Below, piece by piece: positions 18,090 to 30,535 of a stretch of DNA of 64,000 nucleotides; the first letter of the stretch is position 1; every line of letters begins with the position of its first letter. The DNA comes from an uncultured Candidatus Actinomarina sp. GTDB lineage: Bacteria > Actinomycetota > Acidimicrobiia > Actinomarinales > Actinomarinaceae. The position numbers and the translations under genes are program-made. Under the pieces are notes generated by a model, which was given only the letters and a program-made list of their open reading frames with translations, ran no database searches and was not told the origin of the DNA. The stretch is taken from positions 32,369-96,368 of the forward strand of contig CACPJC010000003.1 in the NCBI GenBank assembly GCA_902634185.1. Reading direction: 5' to 3'.

Positions 18090-18972
18090 AATCAGAAGCT
18101 ATATTCAAAATAAAAGTCATAATAAATAAAGTTATTCCAAGTGCGAATAAAGCATTATAAGCAGTGGTGCCATGAGGTGTATCACCAAGGGATACGTTTA
18201 CTATTGAGGAAGTGATCGTATACATTGCACTCCTAGGATCTAAATTTAATTCAGGATACTGCCCACCTGCAATAGTCACAATCATTGTTTCACCTATGGC
18301 TCTTGAAAAACCTAATATAAATGAAGCAATAATTCCAGATATTGCTGCAGGGAACATAATTTTAAGTGCTGTGATCCTCCTGGTAGAGCCAAGAGCTAAG
18401 GATCCATTCCTTAGAGAGTTTGGTACTGCATTAAGGGCATCATCAGAGATTGATGCAATTGTAGGTATTATCATTATTCCTACTGCAATACCTGCGGACA
18501 GAGCATTGAATACACCGGTACCTGGAATAAATCTTTGAATTATATTTGGCGTAATCCAGTTAAGTGCAAAATAACCAAATACCACTGTAGGAACTCCAGC
18601 CAAAACTTCTAAAACTGGTTTGATAACTTTTCTTGTTCTTTTTGTGGCAAACTCAGATAGGTAAATTGCAGAAAACAAACCTAATGGAAAAGAAATAAGA
18701 CACGCAATAACCGCAATATAAAGAGTTGAAGAGATTAAAACAATAACACCGTACTCAGGATTTTGAAACGTAGGTGTCCACCTAGTTGCAGTAAAATAGC
18801 CCTTTAAAGTTACAGCTGGATCTTGAAAAAAGTTAATGGCTTCAGTTAGTAAGGTAAAAACAATTGAAATTGATATTAGTATTGCTGCAAAAGCAGAGAC
18901 AGTTATAAAAAATTTTACTACTTTTTCAAAAGGTTTTATTGAGGTTTGAGATAATTCAGATAGTAGACTCAT
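18055..18972 (-). CDS. pstC: Phosphate ABC transporter permease PstC
   Basis: 305 aa. Contains RNGSLALGSTRRI and SRAIGETM motifs. Confidence 0.9.
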   Translation of the reverse strand: MSLLSELSQTSIKPFEKVVKFFITVSAFAAILISISIVFTLLTEAINFFQDPAVTLKGYFTATRWTPTFQNPEYGVIVLISSTLYIAVIACLISFPLGLFSAIYLSEFATKRTRKVIKPVLEVLAGVPTVVFGYFALNWITPNIIQRFIPGTGVFNALSAGIAVGIMIIPTIASISDDALNAVPNSLRNGSLALGSTRRITALKIMFPAAISGIIASFILGFSRAIGETMIVTIAGGQYPELNLDPRSAMYTITSSIVNVSLGDTPHGTTAYNALFALGITLFIMTFILNIASDYVARKYRKEYE

Positions 18973-19015
18973 ATTTTGCTTTTTATTCTTTCTTTAACTT
19001 CTTCTTTAATTGTAG

Positions 19016-19044
19016 TTTGTGAGGGCCAATTAGGCCCTCACAAA
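19016..19044 (-). terminator. Perfect 12-bp hairpin between pstS and pstC (intra-operon attenuator candidate)
   Basis: tttgtgagggcc (19016..19027), loop aatta, ggccctcacaaa (19033..19044). GC-rich core in an AT-rich genome. Confidence 0.55.
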
Positions 19045-19065
19045 TTTACAAATAATTGAGGAGTT

Positions 19066-20922
19066 TTATCCTCGACTGAATGCGGACCAGCCCATCAATG
19101 ATGCCATCTTTTGTTCTGGAAGCATTGGAACATATCCCACTGCTGGGACAATTGCATCCATTGCTACGAAATAAAAGTCAACAAATTGACGAACTTGAGA
19201 CATTCCTTTTGCAGCTTCAGCTACATAAATGAATAGCGGACGTGCTAGGAAGTAATTTCCTTCAAAAGCTGCTTCTGGTGGTTGACAACCATCACCTGCA
19301 TCAACTTCAACAGCAGTTAGTTTATCTTTGTTCTCTTCATAATATGCGAGTCCAAAGTATCCTAATCCACCAGCTGATCCTGCGACACCGTTTACGAGAA
19401 CGTTGTCATCTTCAGATGCTGTATAGTCTGATCGACTTCCACCTGCGTCTTCTGTAAGCTCTTCATTGAAGAAGTCAAATGTACCTGAGTCTGTACCTGG
19501 ACCATATAGGTCTAGTGCAACATCAGGGAAACCTGCTCTAACATCTTTCCAGTTTGTTATTGTGCTATCTGCACCCCAGATTGATGTTAATTCAGCAGTT
19601 GTTAAACATGTTGCCCAGTCATTTGATGTTGGAACAACAACAGAAAGTGCATCGATACCTACTTGAATTTCAAGGTATCCAACACCATTTTCTTCACAAA
19701 GTGCTTTTTCTTTATCTTTAATTGGACGTGACGCGTCTGAAATCATTGTCTCACCTGGACAGAATTTCTTGAATCCTCCACCAGTTCCTGAAACACCGAC
19801 TGATATAGCTACATCTGAATGAATAGCTGTAAACTCTTCAGCAACGGCTTGTGTTACAGGGAACACTGTCGATGAACCATCAATAAGAATTTCTCCACTG
19901 AGGGTTGAATCGCCAGATATAACCTGCCAGTATTCTAATTGTCTATCAGCTGCATCTGGCAACATTGGTATGTAGCCAACAGCTTCAACAATTGGATCAA
20001 GTGAGTCAAAGTAAAAGTCAACGAAAGCTTTGATTACAGGATCTTTTGCTTTAGCATCATTTACATATATAAATAATGGTCTTGCTAATCCATAAGTTCC
20101 TGAGAAAGCTCCTTCAGGACCTATACATCCTTTTCCTGCATCAACTTCAACAGCAGTTAGTTTATCTTTGTTCTCTTCATAATATGCGAGTCCAAAGTAT
20201 CCTAATCCACCAGCTGATCCAGAGACACCGTTTACGAGAACGTTGTCATCTTCAGATGCTGTATAGTCTGATCGACTTCCACCCAAATCTTCAGTTATTT
20301 CTTCATTGAAGAAGTCAAATGTACCTGAGTCTGTACCTGGACCATATAGGTCTAGTGCAACATCAGGGAAACCTGCTCTAACATCTTTCCAGTTTGTTAT
20401 TGTGCTATCTGCACCCCAGATTTTTCCTAATTCTTCAACTGTTAAACATGTTGCCCAGTCATTTGATGTTGGAACAACAACAGAAAGTGCATCTACACCG
20501 ACTTGTAGTTCAGTGAACTCTGTGCCACCTTCATAACAGAGATTTCTTTCTTTATCTTTGATTGGTCTTGAAGCATCAGATATATCTGTTTCTCCAGGAC
20601 AAAATTTCTTGAATCCTCCACCGGTTCCTGACACACCTACAGATATTTCTACACCTGGGTTAACTGCAGTAAATTCTTCTGCTACAGCTTGTGTAATAGG
20701 GAAAACAGTTGAAGATCCGTCGATAAGTATTGATCCAGTTAAGCCTGCATCACTACTACCACTATCAGAAGCTACAGTTGTTTGACTACTGGCTGTTTCC
20801 TCCGATGTTGTTGGTTCTTCACTTTCTTCTGAAGAGGTATCATCATCTCCACCACCACAGGCAGCAAGAACGAGAACCATCACAAGAAGTAAAGACCAAA
20901 ACTTAGATCTTGATCTAATCAT
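19066..20922 (-). CDS. pstS: Lipoprotein made of two tandem PstS phosphate-binding domains
   Basis: 618 aa. Lipobox LAAC. The block [11 protein letters not shown](I/V)TQAVAEEF...[29 protein letters not shown]... occurs twice, 280 aa apart. Confidence 0.92.
   Translation of the reverse strand: MIRSRSKFWSLLLVMVLVLAACGGGDDDTSSEESEEPTTSEETASSQTTVASDSGSSDAGLTGSILIDGSSTVFPITQAVAEEFTAVNPGVEISVGVSGTGGGFKKFCPGETDISDASRPIKDKERNLCYEGGTEFTELQVGVDALSVVVPTSNDWATCLTVEELGKIWGADSTITNWKDVRAGFPDVALDLYGPGTDSGTFDFFNEEITEDLGGSRSDYTASEDDNVLVNGVSGSAGGLGYFGLAYYEENKDKLTAVEVDAGKGCIGPEGAFSGTYGLARPLFIYVNDAKAKDPVIKAFVDFYFDSLDPIVEAVGYIPMLPDAADRQLEYWQVISGDSTLSGEILIDGSSTVFPVTQAVAEEFTAIHSDVAISVGVSGTGGGFKKFCPGETMISDASRPIKDKEKALCEENGVGYLEIQVGIDALSVVVPTSNDWATCLTTAELTSIWGADSTITNWKDVRAGFPDVALDLYGPGTDSGTFDFFNEELTEDAGGSRSDYTASEDDNVLVNGVAGSAGGLGYFGLAYYEENKDKLTAVEVDAGDGCQPPEAAFEGNYFLARPLFIYVAEAAKGMSQVRQFVDFYFVAMDAIVPAVGYVPMLPEQKMASLMGWSAFSRG
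19298..19655 (-). repeat. Near-identical intragenic DNA tract, copy in PstS domain 2
   Basis: Aligns with 20138..20495 at an offset of exactly 840 nt, with only short mismatched patches. Confidence 0.85.
20138..20495 (-). repeat. Near-identical intragenic DNA tract, copy in PstS domain 1
   Basis: Partner of 19298..19655. Confidence 0.85.
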
Positions 20923-20974
20923 GGATTTCCTTTCTTTAATTTAATTAAATTAACAATGGTAAGAGTATTTTGTA

Positions 20975-20996
20975 AAAGTAAACGCAAAGTAAACGT
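20975..20996 (-). promoter_or_regulatory. PHO-box-like 11-bp phased direct repeat upstream of pstS
   Basis: On the pstS strand it reads ACGTTTACTTT-GCGTTTACTTT, ending ~50 nt before the ATG. Confidence 0.45.
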
Positions 20997-21018
20997 TAAG
21001 CTTAAATATGTTTAAGTT

Positions 21019-21849
21019 TCAAATTAACTCAGTAGGTGAAAACCAATTTCCTCTATTAAATGCTAGGATATAACTTTCGTATCCAAGAAAGTCTTTTTGA
21101 TATTCTTCAGGGATATTGAATCCCCACCAATCTGTTTTAAATTGTGATCGATGAGCCTTCATAGAATTGATTTTATTTTCAATATACTTTGTTCCATCTA
21201 TTTCGACATCAATATCCTCATTATCACTTCCGATAGGATTAAATGCATTAAACTCATCTTCAGTTAATATTCCAGCCTCATACATTTGAGTTCGTCTTGC
21301 TTGAATTCTCGATTTTGACCACGCATTAAAATAAAGTCTTTCTGGAATCCATATGTCTTCTTCATCTTTTAATGGAAACTTATCTATATCACCAGCTGCA
21401 AAAAACGCAGCTGTTCCAACTCTATGTGTTTGAATATGATCAGGATGCCCATATCCCCCAAATGGATCATAGGTTATTAAAACATCAGGTTTATATTTTC
21501 TTATTTCTGTCACAAGCTTGCCCACAGGTCCAAAATAGTCTTGTCTCCAAAAACAATCAGGATCATTGTTCTCCTCTGTGCCCATCATTCCAGAGTCTTT
21601 ATATCCAAGCCATTCATATTCTTTTACACCTAGAGCATCTAAACTTTTTTCAAGTTCCTCTTTTCGCATTTCAGCCAATTTTGGAAATAACTCTTCTGGG
21701 TTTTCATAGTTATGAATTTCTCCAGCTGAACCATCAGTTGCTGTAACAACAACAACTCGATGACCTTCATCTGCATATTTAGCTAAGGTAACACCTGTTG
21801 ATACGCTTTCATCGTCAGGATGTGCGTGAAAAGCAAGAATTGTTGCCAT
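21019..21849 (-). CDS. PIG-L/LmbE-family deacetylase (MshB/Mca-like)
   Basis: 276 aa. AHPDDES metal motif and HPDH. Its ATG overlaps the atpC stop (TAATG). Confidence 0.8.
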   Translation of the reverse strand: MATILAFHAHPDDESVSTGVTLAKYADEGHRVVVVTATDGSAGEIHNYENPEELFPKLAEMRKEELEKSLDALGVKEYEWLGYKDSGMMGTEENNDPDCFWRQDYFGPVGKLVTEIRKYKPDVLITYDPFGGYGHPDHIQTHRVGTAAFFAAGDIDKFPLKDEEDIWIPERLYFNAWSKSRIQARRTQMYEAGILTEDEFNAFNPIGSDNEDIDVEIDGTKYIENKINSMKAHRSQFKTDWWGFNIPEEYQKDFLGYESYILAFNRGNWFSPTELI

Positions 21850-22166
21850 TATTCGTCTGAGGTAAATGTCTTCTTTGCTAACTCTTGCCCGAGTTCGATG
21901 GCTTTATCATGATCACCGTCAATTTTTTCAACTAACTCACCAAGAACAATTACTTTTTCACCAGTAATTTGAAGTATTCCGCCAGAAATTGCAAAAGATG
22001 TTCTCTGATTATCATGCTCTATGGTTAACCCACCTGGAACTAATGTAGCTACGGTTGGTTCATGGCCTTCTAATATACCAATCTCTCCGTTTGGAGTTCT
22101 TGATATGACCATTGTTGCATCCCCTGTAAAGCAACTCTCCTCAGGAGAAACGACCTCTACATACAT
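21849..22166 (-). CDS. atpC: F1 ATP synthase epsilon subunit
   Basis: 105 aa, in the operon position after atpD. Short form, beta-sandwich with only a short C-terminal tail. Confidence 0.85.
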   Translation of the reverse strand: MYVEVVSPEESCFTGDATMVISRTPNGEIGILEGHEPTVATLVPGGLTIEHDNQRTSFAISGGILQITGEKVIVLGELVEKIDGDHDKAIELGQELAKKTFTSDE

Positions 22167-23585
<1,419 letters not shown>

Positions 23586-23596
23586 TTAGTTTCTCC

Positions 23597-24466
23597 TTAC
23601 CCGGCTAAAGCTTCCGCTCCACCAACAATTTCTGAAATCTCTGTTGTAATCTCAGCTTGTCTAGCTTGATTACTTTGTCTTGATAAAATCTTGATTAACT
23701 CTTCTGCGTTCTCGGTAGCAGCTTTCATTGCTCTCATTCGTGACGCATGCTCTGATGTTGAAGCATTCAGTAATGAAGAGAAGATTGTCGCATTTGTATA
23801 TTTTGGAATGATGTTGCTGAGAACCTGACTTGCTGAAGGTTCAAATGTATACCCACCAACTGACTCTATTTCTTTCGCTATCTGTTCTACTTCGAAAGGA
23901 AGTACTGTCTTATACAACGCCGTTTGAGTCATTGCAGATTTATATTCTGTGTAAACAATTTCAATTTGATTTGTTTTTCCATCATAGAATTCTTGTACAA
24001 GAGGTGTCATAATCTCTAGTGCATTCTCGAAATTTGGCTCATCAGTAATGCCCTCATAGTTTTGTTTAGGTTCAATATTTCTGTACTTAAAGTAACCATT
24101 TGCTTTTTTTCCAACGGTCACAATCTCAACTTTATTATTCAAGTTTTCATATTCAGCTTTTCTTACCTCAGCAAGTTTTAAAATATTGGTGTTATATGCA
24201 CCAGCAAGTCCTCGATCTGAAGTAATAACAACTAATGTTATTTTTTTTGTTCCTTCAACCGGTGGTGAACTTGGCATCTCTCCACTTCCTGTTAATTCCT
24301 CAACAATTTGTGAGAGTAGATTTGTGTAATTATTTGATGATGTAAGTCTTTGTTGTGCTTTTACGATTCTTGAAGATGCAATAAGTTCCATTGCACGTGT
24401 TATTTTCTTAGTGGATTTAACACTCTTTATTCTTCTATTTATGATTCGTAATTCAGCACTTGCCAT
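23597..24466 (-). CDS. atpG: F1 ATP synthase gamma subunit
   Basis: 289 aa. N-terminal RRIKSVKSTKKITRAMELIA and C-terminal ITTEISEIVGGAEAL. Confidence 0.95.
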   Translation of the reverse strand: MASAELRIINRRIKSVKSTKKITRAMELIASSRIVKAQQRLTSSNNYTNLLSQIVEELTGSGEMPSSPPVEGTKKITLVVITSDRGLAGAYNTNILKLAEVRKAEYENLNNKVEIVTVGKKANGYFKYRNIEPKQNYEGITDEPNFENALEIMTPLVQEFYDGKTNQIEIVYTEYKSAMTQTALYKTVLPFEVEQIAKEIESVGGYTFEPSASQVLSNIIPKYTNATIFSSLLNASTSEHASRMRAMKAATENAEELIKILSRQSNQARQAEITTEISEIVGGAEALAG

Positions 24467-24469
24467 GGT

Positions 24470-25987
24470 TTATTCTTCTTTTTTCTCCAATGTACTTACA
24501 AAGGCTTCAACAGCTGTTTTTAATTCCTCTTCAGGTAATTCACCTGTTGTTTTTATTGAATTAATAACATCTGAATGTCTTGTTTTAACAAAATCAATCA
24601 AATCTAATTCGGTTTGAGGGATGTCAGCAGGATCAACTACATCTAAAAATCCCTCTGTTACTGCATAGAGTGAGATGACTTGCTCTTCCATTGGCACTGG
24701 TTGATATTGTGGCTGCTTTAATAATTCGACAACTCTTCTTCCTCTATCAAGCTGTGCTTGTGATGCAGCATCCAAGTCTGATCCAAACTCTGCAAAGGCC
24801 TCTAACTCTCTGAACTGTGCAAGGTTAATTCTTAAAGGTCCTGAAACTTTCTTCATAGCTTTAGTTTGTGCAGCACCACCCACTCTTGATACTGATGTAC
24901 CTGGGTTTACAGCAGGTCTAACACCAGAATAAAAGAGTTCTGATTCCAAATAAATCTGTCCATCTGTAATGGAAATAACATTTGTTGGGATGAATGCCGA
25001 TACGTCTCCAGCTTTTGTTTCTATGATTGGTAGCCCTGTAAGTGAACCGCCACCTAACTCTTCACTAACTTTTGCACAACGCTCTAATAGCCTCGAGTGA
25101 AGATAGAAAACGTCACCAGGATAAGCCTCTCTTCCAGGAGGTCTTCTTAGTAGAAGTGATATCTGACGATATGCGATGGCTTGTTTTGATAGATCGTCAA
25201 AAACAATTAATCCATGCTCACCGTTATACATCCAATGTTGGCCAATTGCTGACCCAGCATAAGGAGCATACATCTGCAATGCAGCTGCAGCTGAGGCGGG
25301 TGCGTTTACAATTACTACTTTATCTAGAACACCCTCTTGCTCAAATCTCTCTACTACTTCTGCAACAGTTGATGATTTTTGACCAATAGCAACATAGATA
25401 CATTTAACATCTGTGTCTTTTTGATTGATTATTGTATCAACTGCAACAGCAGTTTTTCCAATCTGTCTATCACCAATAATTAATTCTCTTTGTCCACGAC
25501 CAATTGGAATCATTGAGTCAATAGCTTTAATACCAGTTTGTAGTGGCTCCCCAACGGGTTGTCTTTCAACAACAGATGGGGCTTGAAGTTCTAATCGTCT
25601 TCGTTCAGTAAATTCAATAGGTCCTTTGCCATCAATTGGATTTCCTAGGGGATCAATAACTCTTCCCAAAAAGCCATCACCAACACCAATTGACAACACC
25701 TCTCCAGTTTGTTTTACAGGCATGCCCTCTTCTATGTGATTTGAGTCACCCATCAAAACAACACCGATAGAATCCTCTTCAAGGTTAAGTGCTACTCCAA
25801 CAAGTCCCCCTGGGAATTCAAGAAGCTCTGATGCCATAACATTTTCTAAGCCTTTAACTCTTGCTACTCCATCAGCTACCGCAGAAACGTAACCAACAAG
25901 ATCGTCTTTTACAGAATCCTGCCAATCACCTAGAGTCTCTTTTAATGAATCTGATATTTGTTTTGCATCAATATTAAATTCGCTCAA
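24470..25987 (-). CDS. atpA: F1 ATP synthase alpha subunit
   Basis: 505 aa. Walker A GDRQIGKT. Confidence 0.98.
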   Translation of the reverse strand: MSEFNIDAKQISDSLKETLGDWQDSVKDDLVGYVSAVADGVARVKGLENVMASELLEFPGGLVGVALNLEEDSIGVVLMGDSNHIEEGMPVKQTGEVLSIGVGDGFLGRVIDPLGNPIDGKGPIEFTERRRLELQAPSVVERQPVGEPLQTGIKAIDSMIPIGRGQRELIIGDRQIGKTAVAVDTIINQKDTDVKCIYVAIGQKSSTVAEVVERFEQEGVLDKVVIVNAPASAAAALQMYAPYAGSAIGQHWMYNGEHGLIVFDDLSKQAIAYRQISLLLRRPPGREAYPGDVFYLHSRLLERCAKVSEELGGGSLTGLPIIETKAGDVSAFIPTNVISITDGQIYLESELFYSGVRPAVNPGTSVSRVGGAAQTKAMKKVSGPLRINLAQFRELEAFAEFGSDLDAASQAQLDRGRRVVELLKQPQYQPVPMEEQVISLYAVTEGFLDVVDPADIPQTELDLIDFVKTRHSDVINSIKTTGELPEEELKTAVEAFVSTLEKKEE

Positions 25988-25988
25988 T

Positions 25989-26516
25989 TTACCTACTTTC
26001 TAAAACTGTTTTTATCTCTGAGATTTTTGAGGAAATCAATCCATCAAATGTTCTCTCACCAATACTTACGCTAAGTCCACCCAATACATCTGGATTAACT
26101 TCAACTTTTATTTCCACATCGGTGCCTAATTTTTTCTTGAGGGCACTTATTAAACTTTTTTCAGTTTTTGCATCTAATTCAACAGCTGAAACAACTTTTG
26201 CAACTGATGCCCCTCTTTTTTCAGCAATATAATTTGCGACCGAACTCTCGATATCAGAGAGGTTATCTCCAAAACCTTGAGATATTGTCAAGGTTATTAG
26301 ATCAAGAGTGAGTGGTAACACTCTTTTGTCGAGTAATGAATTAACTACCTCTATCTTCTTTTCAACAGGAATACCAAAATTTCTAAACACATCTAATGCT
26401 TCAGAGCTTTTTGAAAATGCATTGAAAACTTGGAGGATTTCATTTTCAACTCTTTCAGCATCTTTAGATGAAGAAATAATTTCAACAATTCCTTTTGAGA
26501 AAGAATCAACAGACAT
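25989..26516 (-). CDS. atpH: F1 ATP synthase delta (OSCP) subunit
   Basis: 175 aa. Assigned by operon position and the C-terminal [20 protein letters not shown] pattern. Confidence 0.85.
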   Translation of the reverse strand: MSVDSFSKGIVEIISSSKDAERVENEILQVFNAFSKSSEALDVFRNFGIPVEKKIEVVNSLLDKRVLPLTLDLITLTISQGFGDNLSDIESSVANYIAEKRGASVAKVVSAVELDAKTEKSLISALKKKLGTDVEIKVEVNPDVLGGLSVSIGERTFDGLISSKISEIKTVLESR

Positions 26517-26520
26517 TTAC

Positions 26521-27057
26521 TTAATTCAACTCCTTAATAAACTTTTCAATTAATTTTTTTTGATCAGCTTTTGACATTGAAGAAGCTACTTTTTGAGAAA
26601 TCTCAAGAGATAGATCAGCTACCTCACTTTTTAACTCAGTTGAGACTCTTTCTTTTTCAGCGTCTGAGTCTGACTTTGCTTTTTCAATTATTGCTTCTGC
26701 TTCAGCTCTTGCTTCAGTTAAAACATCTTCTTTAAGTTTTTCTGCAGCTTGCTTACCTTCATCAATAATTTTTTGAACTTCTGCGTCAGCGTTTGAAACT
26801 AAAGCATCATATTCTTGCTTTGATTTCTCAGCTTCTGATTTAGTATCTTCAGCTTCCTTTATCTGTCCTTCTATTTCAGCAGATCTTTTATCAAGTGTTT
26901 CGTTCATGGCAGGTAAAGCCCACTTCCAAACAAAGAAAAATACTACTGCAAAAGCTACTACTCCAGCTACTAATTCTGAAGTTGCAGGCAGCAATAAGTC
27001 AACACCTGAGCTTGACTCTTCTGCTTCCGCTAAAAATGTATCCAAATAAAACATCAT
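26521..27057 (-). CDS. atpF: Fo ATP synthase b subunit
   Basis: 178 aa, with a single N-terminal TM followed by a long charged helix. Confidence 0.85.
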   Translation of the reverse strand: MMFYLDTFLAEAEESSSGVDLLLPATSELVAGVVAFAVVFFFVWKWALPAMNETLDKRSAEIEGQIKEAEDTKSEAEKSKQEYDALVSNADAEVQKIIDEGKQAAEKLKEDVLTEARAEAEAIIEKAKSDSDAEKERVSTELKSEVADLSLEISQKVASSMSKADQKKLIEKFIKELN

Positions 27058-27059
27058 TT

Positions 27060-27275
<216 letters not shown>

Positions 27276-27279
27276 TTAA

Positions 27280-28086
27280 TTAATGCTCTGGATGCAGAGA
27301 CGTCTGTATATAAACTGCTGACAACAAAGTAAATATGTATGCCTGCAGAATAGAAACTATTAATTCAAAACCATATATTGCAAGACCTAATGTAAACCAT
27401 GCAAGACCAACAGGTGCTTTTGATACGATATACTCGCCTACTCCAGGTTGTACAACAAAGAAATATGCTGAAGCCAAGAGAAGACTTAACATTACGTGAC
27501 CCGCTACAAGGTTAGCAAATAATCGAACAGCTAAACTAAATGGTCTTACAAGTAGAACTGAAACTAACTCGATTGCGCCAACAAGAGGTTTTAAGGCTAC
27601 AGGAACTCCTGGTGGCCATAGTAAGTTTGTAAAATATTTTATTCCCTCTGTTTTGATTCCGACAAAAAGAAATATTACGTAGGTGATAAGGCTTAAGAAT
27701 AGAGGAAGTGCCATGCGAGATGTTACTGGGAAATTGATAAGTGGAGTGACCTCAAATAAGTTACCAACCAAGATAAACATAAATACTGAAATTAGATATG
27801 GTGTAAATTTCTCTCCACCTCGGCCAATTACACCTAGGGCTATTTCATCTTTCACGAAAGTAAAGATGCTTTCAACTACAGATTGAAGTCTTCCAGGAAC
27901 AACTGATTTTTTTCTAAGCCCAAAAAACATTAAAACTACTGGGATAATCGCAGCTAAAAGTATAAGAATTTCTGTTCGGGAGATATCAGAAGAACCAAAG
28001 TTCCCAAATTCGAACAAAGAGTTTACATTTTCAGGTTTGCAAACAACGTTGTTTATAAAATCACAAGTCTCAGCTGCTGTTATCAT
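27280..28086 (-). CDS. atpB: Fo ATP synthase a subunit
   Basis: 268 aa. Conserved LAVRLFANLVAGH (essential Arg). Confidence 0.95.
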   Translation of the reverse strand: MITAAETCDFINNVVCKPENVNSLFEFGNFGSSDISRTEILILLAAIIPVVLMFFGLRKKSVVPGRLQSVVESIFTFVKDEIALGVIGRGGEKFTPYLISVFMFILVGNLFEVTPLINFPVTSRMALPLFLSLITYVIFLFVGIKTEGIKYFTNLLWPPGVPVALKPLVGAIELVSVLLVRPFSLAVRLFANLVAGHVMLSLLLASAYFFVVQPGVGEYIVSKAPVGLAWFTLGLAIYGFELIVSILQAYIFTLLSAVYIQTSLHPEH

Positions 28087-28474
28087 TTGCCCAATCTAAG
28101 TCAGTGTCTTTTCTTTTAATTACCATAGCCATTTCTAAGAATAACATACTTAAAAACACGATTGGCACTGTCAAAGACATTGCCAATTCATCAATAGAAT
28201 ATAAGCTTCTCAGTAATAAGAGAAGTCCAAAAATGAAAATTAATCTGAATAAATATCCAAAAATTGCGGCGAAGTAATAGAAATTTAATGAGACTTTTGC
28301 TGCATATGACATGATGACTGCACCCAAATAAAATCCAATTGCAACAATTATTGATGACGCAAGAGATGTAACAAATGCATTTTGTGATCTAATTAAAAAA
28401 AGAAGTGGGCAAAGAATATAAATTATTGACGCCCTTTTAAGCATTCTTGTAGCTAGTACTAATTCAACATTCAT
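28070..28474 (-). CDS. AtpI-like membrane protein
   Basis: 134 aa, 4 predicted TM, immediately upstream of atpB. Confidence 0.5.
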   Translation of the reverse strand: MNVELVLATRMLKRASIIYILCPLLFLIRSQNAFVTSLASSIIVAIGFYLGAVIMSYAAKVSLNFYYFAAIFGYLFRLIFIFGLLLLLRSLYSIDELAMSLTVPIVFLSMLFLEMAMVIKRKDTDLDWANDNSS

Positions 28475-28683
28475 TGATCTTGTTCAAGCTTTTTTGAAAT
28501 TTTCCACATTCTTCTGAAACCATCATAAATTCCAACAAACAAAAAGATGATAACTGTGTACGGCTCAAACCCGATAAAATTTTGGACAAGTAAACCCACT
28601 AACAGACCGCTAATTATTGAAGTTGAAAACGAACTTACTGGACCGTAGTCTTCTAAATTTAATTTTCTTCGATTGTTAGACAT
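28471..28683 (-). CDS. AtpZ-like small membrane protein
   Basis: 70 aa, 2 TM, overlaps both neighbouring genes. Confidence 0.45.
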   Translation of the reverse strand: MSNNRRKLNLEDYGPVSSFSTSIISGLLVGLLVQNFIGFEPYTVIIFLFVGIYDGFRRMWKISKKLEQDQ

Positions 28684-29938
28684 ATGGCTTGTATTGTGAA
28701 GCTAACTCTTTTACTTCATCTTTTAATTCATCAAGCTTGTTTGAATCTGATCTATTTTTTAGAATTTCTGAAATTAAATATCCTACTTTTGTTAATTCAC
28801 TTTCCTTCATTCCACATGTTGTTGCAGCTGGCGTACCCATTCTTATGCCTGATGTAACAAATGGTGATCTCTCATCAAATGGAATGGCATTTCGATTTAG
28901 CGTAATTCCCATTTCATTGAGTAAAATACCTGCATCTTTACCAGTTAGCTCTTCGTCAACACTGTTTGTATCAACTAATACAATGTGATTAGTTGTTCCC
29001 CCGCTTACAACTCTTAGACCTTCATTTATGAAAGAGTCAGAGAGTGCTGAAGCATTCTTTAAAATTTGAGCGGTATAATCTTGAAAATCTTTTGATAGTG
29101 CTTCTTTAAAGCAAACGGCCTTTGCTGCAATCTGGTTATTTAATGCTCCACCTTGTGCTCCTGGGAAAATATTTTTATCTACACCTTTTGCAAATTCCTC
29201 AGTTGATAAAATCATTCCACCTCTTGGACCTCTCAGTGCTTTGTGAGTTGTTGCAGTGACAACATCAGCATATTTCATTGGATTCTCAACAACCTTACCG
29301 GCAACAAGGCCAATAAAATGTGCGGCATCAACCATAAAATAAGCTCCAACTGAATCAGCAATCTCTCTAAAAGCCTTGTAATCAAGCTCCTGAGAATAAG
29401 ATGAGTATCCTGCAATTAGTAATTTTGGTTTTGTTTCCTCTGCTAATTTTGCAACATCATCCATATTGATCAATTCAGTTTCTTTATCTAATCCATAACC
29501 AACAAAGTTATACATTCTTCCAGAAAAGTTAACAGGAGAACCGTGTGTTAAATGCCCACCTTGGTCAAGAGACATACCCATAACGGTGTCACCAGCTTCT
29601 AGGAGGTTTAAGTAGACTGCCATGTTTGCTGATGATCCTGAATGAGGCTGGACGTTTGCATGATCTGCCTCAAATAATTCACATGCTCTGTCAATTGCGA
29701 GTTGTTCTATCTCATCAACAGTCTCACAACCCTCGTAATATCTTCTTCCTGGAAAACCTTCTGAATACTTGTTTGTAAGAATAGAACCTGACGCCTGCAT
29801 CACTGCCTTTGATGCAAAGTTCTCCGAAGCAATTAAATGTATATGTGAGTTTTGACGTGCTAAATCATTATCAATTAATGATGCTATCTCATTATCTGTT
29901 TCAAATAATTCAGTGTTTAATGCGCCAGTATTTTCCAT
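28676..29938 (-). CDS. glyA: Serine hydroxymethyltransferase
   Basis: 420 aa. PLP-Lys block [16 protein letters not shown]. Confidence 0.97.
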   Translation of the reverse strand: MENTGALNTELFETDNEIASLIDNDLARQNSHIHLIASENFASKAVMQASGSILTNKYSEGFPGRRYYEGCETVDEIEQLAIDRACELFEADHANVQPHSGSSANMAVYLNLLEAGDTVMGMSLDQGGHLTHGSPVNFSGRMYNFVGYGLDKETELINMDDVAKLAEETKPKLLIAGYSSYSQELDYKAFREIADSVGAYFMVDAAHFIGLVAGKVVENPMKYADVVTATTHKALRGPRGGMILSTEEFAKGVDKNIFPGAQGGALNNQIAAKAVCFKEALSKDFQDYTAQILKNASALSDSFINEGLRVVSGGTTNHIVLVDTNSVDEELTGKDAGILLNEMGITLNRNAIPFDERSPFVTSGIRMGTPAATTCGMKESELTKVGYLISEILKNRSDSNKLDELKDEVKELASQYKPYV

Positions 29939-29947
29939 ATTTACACT

Positions 29948-30535
29948 TTAACAGTAACTTGGAGGCCATTTAAGTGGCCCTTGCCTTAAAATTTCCCCAC
30001 CTGTAACTCTAAAATCGACAACTGTAGATCCATCTCCATGGATTGATGATCCCTCTAAATAATATCCAATATTGTCTTTAAACATTTCATATGCCTCACT
30101 GTCGTTCTTTGCTTCTTCGTCGCCAGAGGTATTTGCACTTGTAACTGCCAGTGGACCAATTTCATTTAATAGTTGTATAGTTAGTTCATTATCAGGAACT
30201 CTTAATCCAATTGTGTTTGGATTTTTTGTACCGACACCATCAACATATTCTTCATTGGTTTCAACAACTGCAGTCAGAGGTCCTGGCCAGTAGAGATCTA
30301 CAATTTCAGGTACTTGTGTAACAAGATCAAGTTGTTGCAAATATGTGTATGAGGGAATAAGTAATGAGATAGGTTTTGAATCATCTCTTTCTTTTAATTC
30401 GAATAATTTTTCTACAGCTTCTTTAGAGTTTGGATTGACGCCTATACCGTAAACGGTTTCTGTGGGAATACCAACAACTTCATTTTTATTAATTGCATCT
30501 ATTGCTTGTGAGATATTATCGCCTTGCATAAACAT
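29948..30535 (-). CDS. tsaC: L-threonylcarbamoyladenylate synthase (YrdC/TsaC type, no Sua5 C-domain)
   Basis: 195 aa. Contains GIPTETVYGIG and TSAN motifs. Confidence 0.88.
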   Translation of the reverse strand: MFMQGDNISQAIDAINKNEVVGIPTETVYGIGVNPNSKEAVEKLFELKERDDSKPISLLIPSYTYLQQLDLVTQVPEIVDLYWPGPLTAVVETNEEYVDGVGTKNPNTIGLRVPDNELTIQLLNEIGPLAVTSANTSGDEEAKNDSEAYEMFKDNIGYYLEGSSIHGDGSTVVDFRVTGGEILRQGPLKWPPSYC

